Assembly (NCBI RefSeq): GCF_900188145.1
Contig: NZ_FZOJ01000030.1
Coordinates: 19,377 to 43,376, forward strand
DNA from: Anaerovirgula multivorans
GTDB taxonomy: Bacteria; Bacillota; Clostridia; Peptostreptococcales; Natronincolaceae
Direction: 5' to 3'
Length of the DNA: 24,000 bases
The notes under the pieces: model-generated
The model's database searches: none
Seen by the model: only the letters and a program-made list of their open reading frames with translations
Told to the model about the DNA's origin: nothing
Program-made: the position numbers and the translations under genes
Shown here: positions 1-8,810 of the stretch, in pieces
Layout of the letters: every line of letters starts with the position of its first letter
Position numbering within the stretch: position 1 is the first letter of the stretch

Positions 1-1305
1 TCTTATTCTATTTTTCAAGTTCTTAAGGATAAAGCTCCTGATATATTTACTTCTAAAGAACTGCTCCACATAAATCAGATAAAATTGAAAATAGAACAAA
101 GCTTTACTCATGTGTAGGGGTTCTATGACTAAGTGTAAAAAATCCCACTTTCCCCAATCTTTCGTCTGTATTTGACCTCTATAGGTTGTATAGTGTTCTG
201 TCCCCTTGATAGGAGTATATATTGATACAGTATAGCTTTCTAACTTCATCTCTCGAATCCATCTTCTCATTTTCTTAAAATCTTTTATAGTAAAATCTAT
301 TCCTACAATAAATAGAGCCGTTAACCTGATATTGTTGCTTTTTAGAATTCTGACAGTTCTCTTGTTTTCATCAGAGGAACAGCTTTTATTAAAATTATTT
401 AGCTTTTCATCCTCTACTGCCTCCATACCAACAATCAACTCTATAAAACCAATATTCTTAAGCTTCTCCATGATATCCTCATTATTCGCTATAAAATCTA
501 CTCTAGAATAGGCTATAAATTTTTTATTAATTTTTTGCTTTTCTATTTTATTAATAAATTCAAGAACCCTACTCCTATCAATGAGGAAGCTATCGTCTAC
601 AATCCATATATACTTCGAGTCAATACCTTGAATTTCCTCCACTACAGAATCTATTGTTCTAGTAGCATAGGTTCCACTATTCAACAGCTTACAGTAGCAA
701 AAATTACAGTTAAAGGGACAGGATAAGGCTGTTTTTATAATAGCTATAGGACTATAATTTAGATATTTGGTTCTGTTTTTATACTTTCCAAAGTAGCTCC
801 TATTGGGTAAAAGTAGCTTCTCTATACAGGTATTCACTTTATTATTGACCCACCACTTACTTGCCTCTTGAAAAGCAATGCCGTGAATTTTCCTTAGCTT
901 TTCTGCATCAAATTTGATTTCTAATAAATCTTCTAACGCCTTCACTCCATCAGAGTGGACAATAACATCTATTGTATTAACAAAAAAATCTATATAATTG
1001 ATTTCCGCATGGACTCCTCCTATAACTACCTTTACATTAGGACTCTTGCTTTTCGCGTATTTAGAATAATCTATCATCCTATCTACAGCAGTGATATATC
1101 CACTTAACAGCAGTACATCCGGTTCATAGGCTAGAAAAACCTCTTCAAAGTCACTTTTTTCTAAAAGGGGATCATAAACCTTATGCTGTAGCTGCAGCTT
1201 TTCAAGTAAGGCAGATAAGTACTCTAGCTCTAAAGGTTCTGTTACGATGGGCTCTATCCATGAGTAGATGGTTTTTTTATGACATTTCACCAGCAGGATC
1301 TTCAT
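1..1305 (-). CDS. B12-binding-domain radical SAM protein (class B rSAM), 3' end truncated by the window edge
   Basis: Not in the ORF track because it runs off the window. My own translation of the minus strand starts at ATG 1305-1303, preceded by AAGGGGGAAGAGG. It reads MKILLVKCHKKTIYSWIEPIVTEPLELEYLS...VIGGVHAE...SCPFNCNFCYC... and stays open to base 1 (435 codons). It has an N-terminal cobalamin-binding-like Rossmann segment followed by a CxxxCxxC radical SAM motif. The start overlaps the upstream gene by 29 nt. Confidence 0.8.
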   Translation of the reverse strand, partial: MKILLVKCHKKTIYSWIEPIVTEPLELEYLSALLEKLQLQHKVYDPLLEKSDFEEVFLAYEPDVLLLSGYITAVDRMIDYSKYAKSKSPNVKVVIGGVHAEINYIDFFVNTIDVIVHSDGVKALEDLLEIKFDAEKLRKIHGIAFQEASKWWVNNKVNTCIEKLLLPNRSYFGKYKNRTKYLNYSPIAIIKTALSCPFNCNFCYCKLLNSGTYATRTIDSVVEEIQGIDSKYIWIVDDSFLIDRSRVLEFINKIEKQKINKKFIAYSRVDFIANNEDIMEKLKNIGFIELIVGMEAVEDEKLNNFNKSCSSDENKRTVRILKSNNIRLTALFIVGIDFTIKDFKKMRRWIREMKLESYTVSIYTPIKGTEHYTTYRGQIQTKDWGKWDFLHLVIEPLHMSKALFYFQFYLIYVEQFFRSKYIRSFILKNLKNRIR

Positions 1306-2287
1306 CCTCTTCCCCCTTAAATACATGATGGGCCACCCTATAGTCTTTATAGGAAAACCTGCTTACTAACCTATTGAGAACAAAGTTCATAAACGAATTA
1401 CTATGATGTAGGCACATATATTTTGAACACTTCGAAGCCCCTACCTTTGATTTGGTTTCCTCGGCAGTTTGTCCTAAATCAATAGATTCAAAGCCCTTCT
1501 TAATTCCATAGTGAATAATTTCCAAAAGCATATTGATATATAAATCATAGTCTTGATTTAACTGGTGTTTGAATCCTCCAAAGAGGAAAACAAGCTCTTT
1601 ATCGTGCTCCACCAGCTGTACAAAGGCAATGGATTCTTCATTAAGTGTAAATTTTATTATTTTTGATGGAAACCTTCTAAAAAAATCCATAGACAGCTTC
1701 TCCAGCTTTTCATTAGAACGACTATATACTTCTTCATATAACCGATATAGGTCTTCGCCAAATAGATTATTATCCTCTAGCACTTCCATCTTGACATCAG
1801 AAAATCTTTTGGTAGCCTTTTTAAGTCTATATCGGTAATTGCTCCTCATACTGGAAATATAATCCTCCAATGTGCTCCACCTGATTTTTAATTTATAAGT
1901 AGGCAGCGTATCACCTCTCGCCATCTTCAATTCATCTTGGGTATTCAAAATTATATAAAAGCCCTTAAGAGATTTTATATATTGATGAAAGTCCTCCATA
2001 TTTTCTTGATCACCAATGGCATATCCACAGCTTGATACCGATAGGGGTATTCCTATGATCCTTACAAGTATCTTAAAGGATAAATACCTAGAAAAGGTAA
2101 ACAAATCAAGCTTCAACTCATAGACTACCAATGCCATCTTCTTTGCTTCATGAAGGTGATACTGCTGCTTACATGGATTCACCATCTCAAGTTTCTTAAG
2201 CGTATCTCTTTTCATAAAGTGATTTTCTGCTGTTATCTCACCCCACGCTGGAGGTAAATCATTGGCATTTTTATAGACCTTAAACAT
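1277..2287 (-). CDS. FemAB-like / Acetyltransf_6-type GNAT-fold protein (possible aminoacyl- or acyl-transferase)
   Basis: 336-aa ORF. The central and C-terminal region (RSNYRYRLKKATKRF...LYRLYEEVYSR...VFLFGGF...YDLYINMLLEIIHYGIKKGFESIDLGQT) resembles the FemAB-like/BioF2-like GNAT family as I remember it. RBS GAAGGG lies upstream. Family assignment was not verified by any search. Confidence 0.55.
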   Translation of the reverse strand: MFKVYKNANDLPPAWGEITAENHFMKRDTLKKLEMVNPCKQQYHLHEAKKMALVVYELKLDLFTFSRYLSFKILVRIIGIPLSVSSCGYAIGDQENMEDFHQYIKSLKGFYIILNTQDELKMARGDTLPTYKLKIRWSTLEDYISSMRSNYRYRLKKATKRFSDVKMEVLEDNNLFGEDLYRLYEEVYSRSNEKLEKLSMDFFRRFPSKIIKFTLNEESIAFVQLVEHDKELVFLFGGFKHQLNQDYDLYINMLLEIIHYGIKKGFESIDLGQTAEETKSKVGASKCSKYMCLHHSNSFMNFVLNRLVSRFSYKDYRVAHHVFKGEEDEDPAGEMS

Positions 2288-2323
2288 ATTCTACAGACCC
2301 TTCTATTAGACATACGTCTATAC

Positions 2324-2408
2324 ATTTTAATATACTAAGGACTACACTTGCAGTCCTTGGCTACGTTTTTCAGACAAGGGCGAAACCGTAGACCGTGTAT
2401 ATTAAAAT
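2324..2408 (-). other. Candidate structured RNA or palindromic element: 12-bp closing stem around two GC-richer hairpins (three-way junction)
   Basis: ATTTTAATATAC (2324-2335) is the exact reverse complement of GTATATTAAAAT (2397-2408). Inside are hairpin AAGGACT/AGTCCTT (2337-2343 with 2352-2358, 8-nt loop) and hairpin CTACG/CGTAG (2361-2365 with 2387-2391, extendable by UUUC/GAAA). The element sits in the 141-bp gap between two CDS. A further hairpin TAGAC-N4-GTCTA (2307-2320) lies just before the RBS. Confidence 0.3.
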
Positions 2409-2428
2409 TTAAATATAAAATCGTGTGC

Positions 2429-3505
2429 CTATACATTGATTAAAAATACCTGATAGTGCTTAGACTCCTGATTTCCCCATCGAAATCCAAAGCCTCTGGA
2501 AGCTAGATTGTCTTCTAAAATCCACCCGGATTCACAAAACTCGTATCGATCCTTCACGATTTCTCGACATTGATAGAAAAGCGCTAAAACAGCACCATTT
2601 TTCTGAAATTCTGGAAGCACTCCAATCTCTACAATCTTAAACTTCTTGATTTTACGGGAAAACAACTTGTTTTTTATAACCGTCTTCAGTCCCAATACTT
2701 CACTGGGTTCTAATAGTTCATTAAAGTCAGGATACCAAAGCATAAACCCGATGGGCCTTCCTTCATATTCTAGGAATAATAAATTTTCTTCCCTTAACAA
2801 AAGCTTAAATTCCCGAAAAAGCTCTAAATCCTCCTCTAGTCTTCTTTCATAGTAGAACTTATGACATCGAAATGCATGATTGTTAAGATGTGTATAGATT
2901 TCAGCTTCTCCCTTAATATCCTTAAAGTCAGCCTTTCTTACATTGTATTTCTTCTTGATTTTATTCATGATTCTGCCTGCTACACCAAAATCAAAGTTGT
3001 CCATCTTTGCCTTGTAACTCACTAGATTGATTTTTTCATCGGTGTATTTCTCAAAGTAATCAATATAATAGGGTGGGTTGTAGGAGCTCCCAAAGCTCTG
3101 TACTTCTTCATAATGACTGGCTAAGAGACCTAGCCCATAATTCACATGAAGATTCAAGCCCACCAGAATTTTCTCAGCATGATATTCCTTTGCCAGCTGT
3201 CTTCCATAATCCATTATTTTTTCTACAGCTTTTTCTTGATTTTCCAACGCTTCAAAATAAGCAATTTGCAGCGTATCCTTCATCCTATCTACAATGACAA
3301 AGATACATACTGCTACAATTTTTCCAGAATCAATGATCATAATAGGTTTCATGATACTACTTTTACAAATCTCCGACTTTCCCGTTAAGATGCTTCTTAA
3401 GGAGGCACTCATGCTATCTCTATAATAAATGTTGTTATTATAAACCTCTCTACAAAACCTTATATAATCGTTAACAGAGGTCTGCTCAACTACTTTTATT
3501 TCCAT
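2429..3505 (-). CDS. Two-domain GNAT family N-acetyltransferase-like protein
   Basis: 358-aa ORF with RBS AGAGGTGAAAT before the ATG. The C-terminal half carries a GNAT motif-A-like segment (IVEIGVLPEFQKNGAVLALF, Q-x-x-G-x-A). Substrate unknown. Confidence 0.65.
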   Translation of the reverse strand: MEIKVVEQTSVNDYIRFCREVYNNNIYYRDSMSASLRSILTGKSEICKSSIMKPIMIIDSGKIVAVCIFVIVDRMKDTLQIAYFEALENQEKAVEKIMDYGRQLAKEYHAEKILVGLNLHVNYGLGLLASHYEEVQSFGSSYNPPYYIDYFEKYTDEKINLVSYKAKMDNFDFGVAGRIMNKIKKKYNVRKADFKDIKGEAEIYTHLNNHAFRCHKFYYERRLEEDLELFREFKLLLREENLLFLEYEGRPIGFMLWYPDFNELLEPSEVLGLKTVIKNKLFSRKIKKFKIVEIGVLPEFQKNGAVLALFYQCREIVKDRYEFCESGWILEDNLASRGFGFRWGNQESKHYQVFLINV

Positions 3506-3762
3506 ATTTCACCTCTATATCTTTTAATGAATCTAGTTAAATACTTCCCTATCGGTATATTGCTAAGTCTCATTTTATTTTCATCTTATCATATTTCCTT
3601 ATTTTATGACATGCTTCAGCATTTCTTTATATTGAATAATAAGTTAATTTTTTCTTGTTTTAGTTTAAGAAACTTATTTATTGGTTTTCATCGAAGCCTT
3701 CAGTATATTTCCTGGAGTTTTTTTATATATTTTTAGTCCTAGATTTTTAAACATAATAATCA

Positions 3763-3798
3763 AGTCAAAAAGAATCTTCTCTTTGATTCTTTTTGACT
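3763..3798 (-). terminator. Hairpin terminator downstream of the PBP gene
   Basis: Perfect 14-bp inverted repeat AGTCAAAAAGAATC (3763-3776) / GATTCTTTTTGACT (3785-3798) with an 8-nt loop, about 90 nt after the PBP stop. The trailing sequence on the minus strand is only moderately U-rich. Confidence 0.55.
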
Positions 3799-3889
3799 CG
3801 ATTAAAAATCTCTTTTAGTTTAATGGTTTTACTTCTAATAGCCCCTCCATTTTCCTTAATGGGTACCATATTCACAACATATTCAGCAG

Positions 3890-6679
3890 CTATTTTGTTA
3901 ACCTACTTTCAATAACAAATCCATCATCTTTTTCAACTGCATTTAAACCCATATACTCAGCTACTATTTCTCTAAATATTGGAGCACCATATCCACCAGA
4001 ACCCCCCTGAAAAAGCAGGATAGATATAGCTATTTGAGGGTCTTCATAGGGTGCAAAGCCAGCAAACCAAGTAAAATTATCATAATCTCCCTTAAATTGA
4101 TCTAAATTCACCCTCGGATTAAGACTTTTAATAGCTTCTCTCATAGTATATACTGTATCTTGATATCTAGGGTTATCTTTGTTTTCTTCCATCAACTGAA
4201 ATATTTTATGCTCAACTGCTGCTTCTGATACTCCAAAAGATTGTAGATGTTTTATCAAATATTCAACTTCGTCTACTGGAGGAATTTTTCCTTCTCTTTG
4301 AGCAGTTCCTGTTTTGCCTGCAACATCTATAGGCAATTTATTAAAGTATGCTTTTGCTCCAGCTTCAGAAGTAGCTAAATACATACCGTACTTAATCTCA
4401 TCTAAATTTGTATAATCTACTAATTTAATACGTTCTACTAACTCAGGTGGATACTCAGTAGTTTTTTCTCTATTATAGCTTTGAGCCTTCCTAACTAAGC
4501 TTAGATTATACCTATAACCTCCATTTGCTAATATTCCCATATAATTAGCCACCTGTAGAGGTGTATATAAGTGTTCCCCTTGCCCAATAGAAAAATTCAT
4601 CGTATCGGCTACACTCCATCTTGCTTGGTTATAGTAGCTATACTTGGAAATATCAGTGTAAATACTAGCTTTATCTTCTTTTAAGCCTAAATTCAACATT
4701 CTGTCATAAATAATAGCCCTTGATGGATTTTCTTCCGTCCAATTGACAATTTCCTCGATAATCTGTACCAATAATTCAGGTGAAGGCTCAACCTTTGTGT
4801 TATCTAGATCATCTATTTTCATTTGTCTTCGCAAATGATTCCTTAGCATAGCTTTAACAGTTTTTGTTTTCTTTTCAGTACTGGGTATTCCACCAGATTT
4901 TTCTCTTGGTGCATCTATCTCTATACCGGTTCTATCGTCTAATCCAAATTTCCTTGTATAATCAATTAAAATATCCATATTCATTTCAATAGGAAGCAGT
5001 CTCCCTATTCCATAGTCAAAACCATTAGCAACTGAGTAAAAATAATAGTTGTTAGAATGGGCAATAGCTTGATGTAACCCCTGGTATCCCATTGTTGTTC
5101 TGTTTTGATTCCATAACCAGTTACCAAAACTATGGCCTCCCACTTGAATAAACCCTCTATCTAATATCTTGTAATCAGGGCTTAAGCCCTGTTCAATACC
5201 AGCTAGGCCAACGATCATTTTAAAAACTGAACCTATCTGTATAGCCGTACTAGAGGCAATATTTAAAAGAGGTCTTGGTGCTAATGGATCTTTCTCGTTC
5301 TCAGGTATAAGATTATTCCAGTCGGTAATACTGATTCCAGTTGCAAAGAGGTTTGGATCATAGGTTGGATAATTTGCTAATGCTAAAACTTCTCCAGTTC
5401 TAACATCAGTTACTACCACTGATCCTGAGGTCGCATTCACCATGGGTCCTGCTCTTCCCATAAGTTTATTAGCACCCCACTGGGTTTCATAAGTTCCCCC
5501 AGCTTGAATGGTTTTTAACACCTCTTCCAACACTTCTTCAACAATCCTTTGCAAATTGGCATCAATTGTTAGATATATTGTATCCCCGGGAATAGGCTCC
5601 TCTCTTTCTAAAATGCTAATTAGCCTTCCAGATGAATCAACAATTACTCTTTGGGAACCATCTACTCCTTTTAAGGTTTCTTCAAAACTATGTTCGATAC
5701 CAGTTTTTCCAATAATATCACTAGGTAAGTAGCCCTGTTCTTTAATATATCTATCAATTTCATATTGTTGCGATATTTTCCCCAAATAACCCAATACATG
5801 GGCCGCCATTTGTCCCTCAGGATAAATTCTTATTGGTTCTATAGCTATATTTACTCCAGGTAAATTTATGCTATTCTCTTCAATTTCTATTACAGCACTC
5901 TCTGAAATATCCTGTGCTATTCTAACAGGTTGATATTGAAGATATCCTTGTTTTCTTAATTGTTCTCTAACTACCATTATGTTTCTAGCTTCCAGGTCTG
6001 TATACTCCTCTGGTATTTTATAGACTTCATTCCTAACTATATGAAAAGCCTCATGTGCTGTCATATTCGTATCTTCTATATTATAGCTTTGCATCCATTG
6101 CTCTCTTGCCATATCCTCTATAAATTTCCATGTTCTAATAGAAATTGGTACACTCAAATCTGGTATTTTTACAAATTGTTGTTGTATTTCTACTGGGTCA
6201 CTTTCTTCAATATTATAACGTTTTCTTAATACTTCAAAAGCTTGCTGAGCAGTTCTCACATCTTGCAGATCATTTCTTATCTTCCAATTTTCTATCTCTA
6301 AACTATAGGTGAATACATAATCTCCATCTTCTGTAAAGATAATTGGAAATTCATCATTGTACTTATCTTTATTTTTTTCTAATATACTGATGATGTTTAA
6401 TGCAACTTCATTTATTTTTTCATCGCCAACTTCATTTTTCATCATTTGAACAGTAAAGCTGGGGCGGTTACCAGCTAATAATTTTCCATATCGATCACGA
6501 ATCTCTCCTCTACAAGCAGGTAAGGGTATTGTTTTATATATCCTATTTTCTGCTTGTTCTCTATATTGCTCCCCTTCTACAATCATAATGGTAGCTAGTC
6601 TAAAAAGAATAATCAGTAGAATTATTGAGAAGCTTAAAATAATAATATTATATCTATCCTTCAATTTTTCCAATAACAC
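3890..6679 (-). CDS. Class B penicillin-binding protein (PBP2/SpoVD-type transpeptidase), unusually long at 929 aa
   Basis: GTG start with GGTGAT upstream. N-terminal TM helix, then PBP dimerisation-type region (RGEIRDRYGKLLAGNRPSF). Transpeptidase motifs are S484-V-F-K, S542-N-N and K789-T-G-T. Confidence 0.9.
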   Translation of the reverse strand: MLLEKLKDRYNIIILSFSIILLIILFRLATIMIVEGEQYREQAENRIYKTIPLPACRGEIRDRYGKLLAGNRPSFTVQMMKNEVGDEKINEVALNIISILEKNKDKYNDEFPIIFTEDGDYVFTYSLEIENWKIRNDLQDVRTAQQAFEVLRKRYNIEESDPVEIQQQFVKIPDLSVPISIRTWKFIEDMAREQWMQSYNIEDTNMTAHEAFHIVRNEVYKIPEEYTDLEARNIMVVREQLRKQGYLQYQPVRIAQDISESAVIEIEENSINLPGVNIAIEPIRIYPEGQMAAHVLGYLGKISQQYEIDRYIKEQGYLPSDIIGKTGIEHSFEETLKGVDGSQRVIVDSSGRLISILEREEPIPGDTIYLTIDANLQRIVEEVLEEVLKTIQAGGTYETQWGANKLMGRAGPMVNATSGSVVVTDVRTGEVLALANYPTYDPNLFATGISITDWNNLIPENEKDPLAPRPLLNIASSTAIQIGSVFKMIVGLAGIEQGLSPDYKILDRGFIQVGGHSFGNWLWNQNRTTMGYQGLHQAIAHSNNYYFYSVANGFDYGIGRLLPIEMNMDILIDYTRKFGLDDRTGIEIDAPREKSGGIPSTEKKTKTVKAMLRNHLRRQMKIDDLDNTKVEPSPELLVQIIEEIVNWTEENPSRAIIYDRMLNLGLKEDKASIYTDISKYSYYNQARWSVADTMNFSIGQGEHLYTPLQVANYMGILANGGYRYNLSLVRKAQSYNREKTTEYPPELVERIKLVDYTNLDEIKYGMYLATSEAGAKAYFNKLPIDVAGKTGTAQREGKIPPVDEVEYLIKHLQSFGVSEAAVEHKIFQLMEENKDNPRYQDTVYTMREAIKSLNPRVNLDQFKGDYDNFTWFAGFAPYEDPQIAISILLFQGGSGGYGAPIFREIVAEYMGLNAVEKDDGFVIESRLTK

Positions 6680-6832
6680 GATTCATCACCACTTCTAATA
6701 TCTATTTGCAACTACTTTAGAAACGCATAAACTAAGTGTTTAGTTCAATTATTCTGCCAAAACAACATTTTGGAAAATTTCAATGCTGTTGCCATGATGT
6801 GAAAGAATTAGTAACTTTCTTAGCTTTGCCAG

Positions 6833-6865
6833 CACAAAAAGGGCCAATGTACACACCCATGGCCT
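6833..6865 (-). terminator. Weak candidate intrinsic terminator between blaR1 and the PBP gene
   Basis: On the minus-strand RNA, GGCCA(UG)...(CA)UUGGCC forms a stem (5 bp, or 7 bp with a bulge), followed by CUUUUUGUG. The stem is short, so termination would probably be partial. Confidence 0.3.
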
Positions 6866-6986
6866 GCTTATTCAAAGACAATTTTAAATCCATTAGATTG
6901 TTAAGTAAATTGCTGAATTTTTTTGTTTTCACAAGTGAAGCCCCAAAATTCACATATGTATTATGGAATCTCTTCACTTATTTTTC

Positions 6987-8804
6987 TTACAAATTTATTG
7001 AAAAGATTTTCTTGTCTTCCAATATTTTTAATGTTATATTTCTGGCTCTTCGACCGTCAGCTTCATCATTTCCTTCAATTTTTGTAGCAAAAAAGTATAC
7101 ATCATCTCCTCTTTCCACATACCCTATAAACCAGCCAAGAATGCTCTTGTCATTAATCATTGATGAGGCTGTTTTTCCATACAATATACTGGTACCATCG
7201 CTGCCGAGTTGTATTGTCTTCTTTACAATATCAATGTTTTCAGAAGTAAACGGTATTTCATAGGTGTAAAAATCCTTAAGAAACTCTACCTGCTGGAAAG
7301 GAGAAATCTCTAAGGTTCCTCCAATCCAAAAGGTCTCGACATCTCCCTCTACTCTTTTATTTCCATAATTCAATATATTTATATATTCCTTCATCTGTTG
7401 CAGCGTTACGTACTGATTGGCTTTCTGAAAATACCAATTTGTTGAATATTGAAAGGCTGATGCTAATGTATGATCCCTATTCCAATCTTCAAAGGGGTAA
7501 TTTGTCCCATCCCACTTTATAACTGTATTCTCATCCTCTAACCTCCCAGTTTCAAGACCTATTAAAGCACTAAGAATTTTAAATGTAGAGTAGGGAGAAA
7601 CTTTCTTATTAATCATTTCCTCATTGAAAATATGATATTGTTCTTCCTTCATATCCATCATAACAAAGGTGCCTTCGTAACCTTCAAAATATCTACTCAA
7701 ATCTTCTTGTATTATTTCCTTTGTTGGGTCTATTTGTTGTGAGTAGTTAGTCATAGTAGAAGCAGTCTCAGGATTTGTCAACAAAATACATCCTATGAAA
7801 AAAGATATTGCCAATTCTTTCAACTTTATCTTCCTGTTATCCTTTTTAAAATCCATAATAGAATAAATTCTTCTTTTGATACACCCACTAGTACTCCCAA
7901 TTCCCATGATAAAGGAGGTAGCTATGGGTGAAGGAAATTCTTCCAAAACTGCTATAATTGTTCTACCATAATCTCTATATTCATAGGTTTCTAAATAGGA
8001 AAGTACATAACTATCGCAGGCTATTTCACGATCCTGCTGCATATGATAAAATCCATACCATATAATAGGATTAAACCAATGTATAATCTTTAAAAAGCAG
8101 ATAATCCAATTGATGTATACATCTCTATTTTTATAATGGATTAGTTCGTGTAATAAAATATATTTTGCTTTTTTTAGGCCAAGCTTTTCTGTTATATTTA
8201 CAGGTAATAGAATACACGGACGTATCATACCAAAAAAAGCTGGTGACCGGATTTCATTGGTTTCTATAAGATTAATGTGTTTTTTTATATTTAGGAGAGT
8301 TTTGCATTCTTCAAATAACTGCAATAGGTCGAAGCAATTTATATCACTACATTTTCTTGACCACTTTAAAAACTTTATATGTTGTATCACTAGGTAAACA
8401 GTTATAGCGATTACACCAGCTAGCCAAATTATAAATAAAATTCTATATATCAAAAATGAGAAACCTTCATTCATGGGGAAAAAATAATCTTCATGAAAAT
8501 CTACAGTTTCTATAGATCCTACTGCCTCATTAAAAATCCCAGTGGTGTCCCCAGTAGAAGTACGCTGAATTCCATGGCCGACAATATAATTTCTTATATA
8601 TAAAAAACCATTTATGATACTTAGTGGACTTTTAGGAGCATACGGCATCACTAATCTCACTACTAATAAAAACCATACATAATAATGCCATTTTGTATGA
8701 AATTTTTTGTGAAATAATTTCTTAATATAAAGAATGATTCCAATTAGTATGCTTCCTATAAAGGATGTATTGGCTAGCCAAAAAAGAAAACCTGTAGGCT
8801 CCAT
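6987..8804 (-). CDS. blaR1: BlaR1/MecR1-family beta-lactam sensor-transducer (M56 peptidase domain plus penicillin-binding sensor domain)
   Basis: 605 aa. Multiple N-terminal TM segments, zinc-protease motif HELIHYKNRD, and a C-terminal extracellular domain with S-T-F-K acylation motif (PYSTFKILSAL) and a KTA(S) box. It starts 7 nt after the blaI stop. Confidence 0.9.
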   Translation of the reverse strand: MEPTGFLFWLANTSFIGSILIGIILYIKKLFHKKFHTKWHYYVWFLLVVRLVMPYAPKSPLSIINGFLYIRNYIVGHGIQRTSTGDTTGIFNEAVGSIETVDFHEDYFFPMNEGFSFLIYRILFIIWLAGVIAITVYLVIQHIKFLKWSRKCSDINCFDLLQLFEECKTLLNIKKHINLIETNEIRSPAFFGMIRPCILLPVNITEKLGLKKAKYILLHELIHYKNRDVYINWIICFLKIIHWFNPIIWYGFYHMQQDREIACDSYVLSYLETYEYRDYGRTIIAVLEEFPSPIATSFIMGIGSTSGCIKRRIYSIMDFKKDNRKIKLKELAISFFIGCILLTNPETASTMTNYSQQIDPTKEIIQEDLSRYFEGYEGTFVMMDMKEEQYHIFNEEMINKKVSPYSTFKILSALIGLETGRLEDENTVIKWDGTNYPFEDWNRDHTLASAFQYSTNWYFQKANQYVTLQQMKEYINILNYGNKRVEGDVETFWIGGTLEISPFQQVEFLKDFYTYEIPFTSENIDIVKKTIQLGSDGTSILYGKTASSMINDKSILGWFIGYVERGDDVYFFATKIEGNDEADGRRARNITLKILEDKKIFSINL

Positions 8805-8810
8805 AATATC

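Noticed and set aside
535-726. Plus-strand ORFs throughout the track (e.g. 535-726, 1569-1838, 2646-2852, 3073-3388, 3527-3736, 5508-5732, 5960-6229, 6736-7263, 9028-9219, 9314-9496, 10262-10537, 11645-11848, 12648-12842, 13766-14023, 15524-15742, 16109-16633, 19394-19612, 21114-21674, 22186-22500, 23104-23340), plus minus-strand 22331-22540
   Set aside because: All lie antisense to, or out of frame within, long minus-strand genes that carry clear family motifs. The exceptions lie in AT-rich spacers. Their translations are low-complexity (S/L/F/I-rich), have no SD and show no recognisable motifs. These are typical shadow ORFs.
2307-2316. 10-mer TAGACATACG shared between the leader of the Fem-like gene (2307-2316) and the region upstream of the ABC operon (20152-20161)
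   Set aside because: Too short to distinguish from chance, and the surrounding sequence is not similar.
3765-3869. 34-codon minus-strand ORF (MVPIKENGGAIRSKTIKLKEIFNRVKKNQREDSF) just after the PBP stop
   Set aside because: No SD before the ATG, and its 3' half is the terminator hairpin itself. Most likely a by-product of the AT-rich terminator region.
6951-6960. CACATATGTA box resembling the staphylococcal BlaI/MecI TACATATGTA core, located between blaR1 and the PBP gene
   Set aside because: It is a single 8-bp AT-rich palindrome (ACATATGT). My rough estimate is that about one such match is expected by chance in 24 kb at this composition. It lies upstream of the hairpin rather than at a promoter, and it differs from the strong ATTAC-N4-GTAAT dyads at 9358-9402.
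6780-6977. 65-aa minus-strand ORF between blaR1 and the PBP gene
   Set aside because: GTG start with no SD-like sequence upstream. The terminator-like hairpin at 6833-6865 falls inside it. No recognisable motif. I treat it as non-coding spacer, though a small basic protein cannot be excluded.
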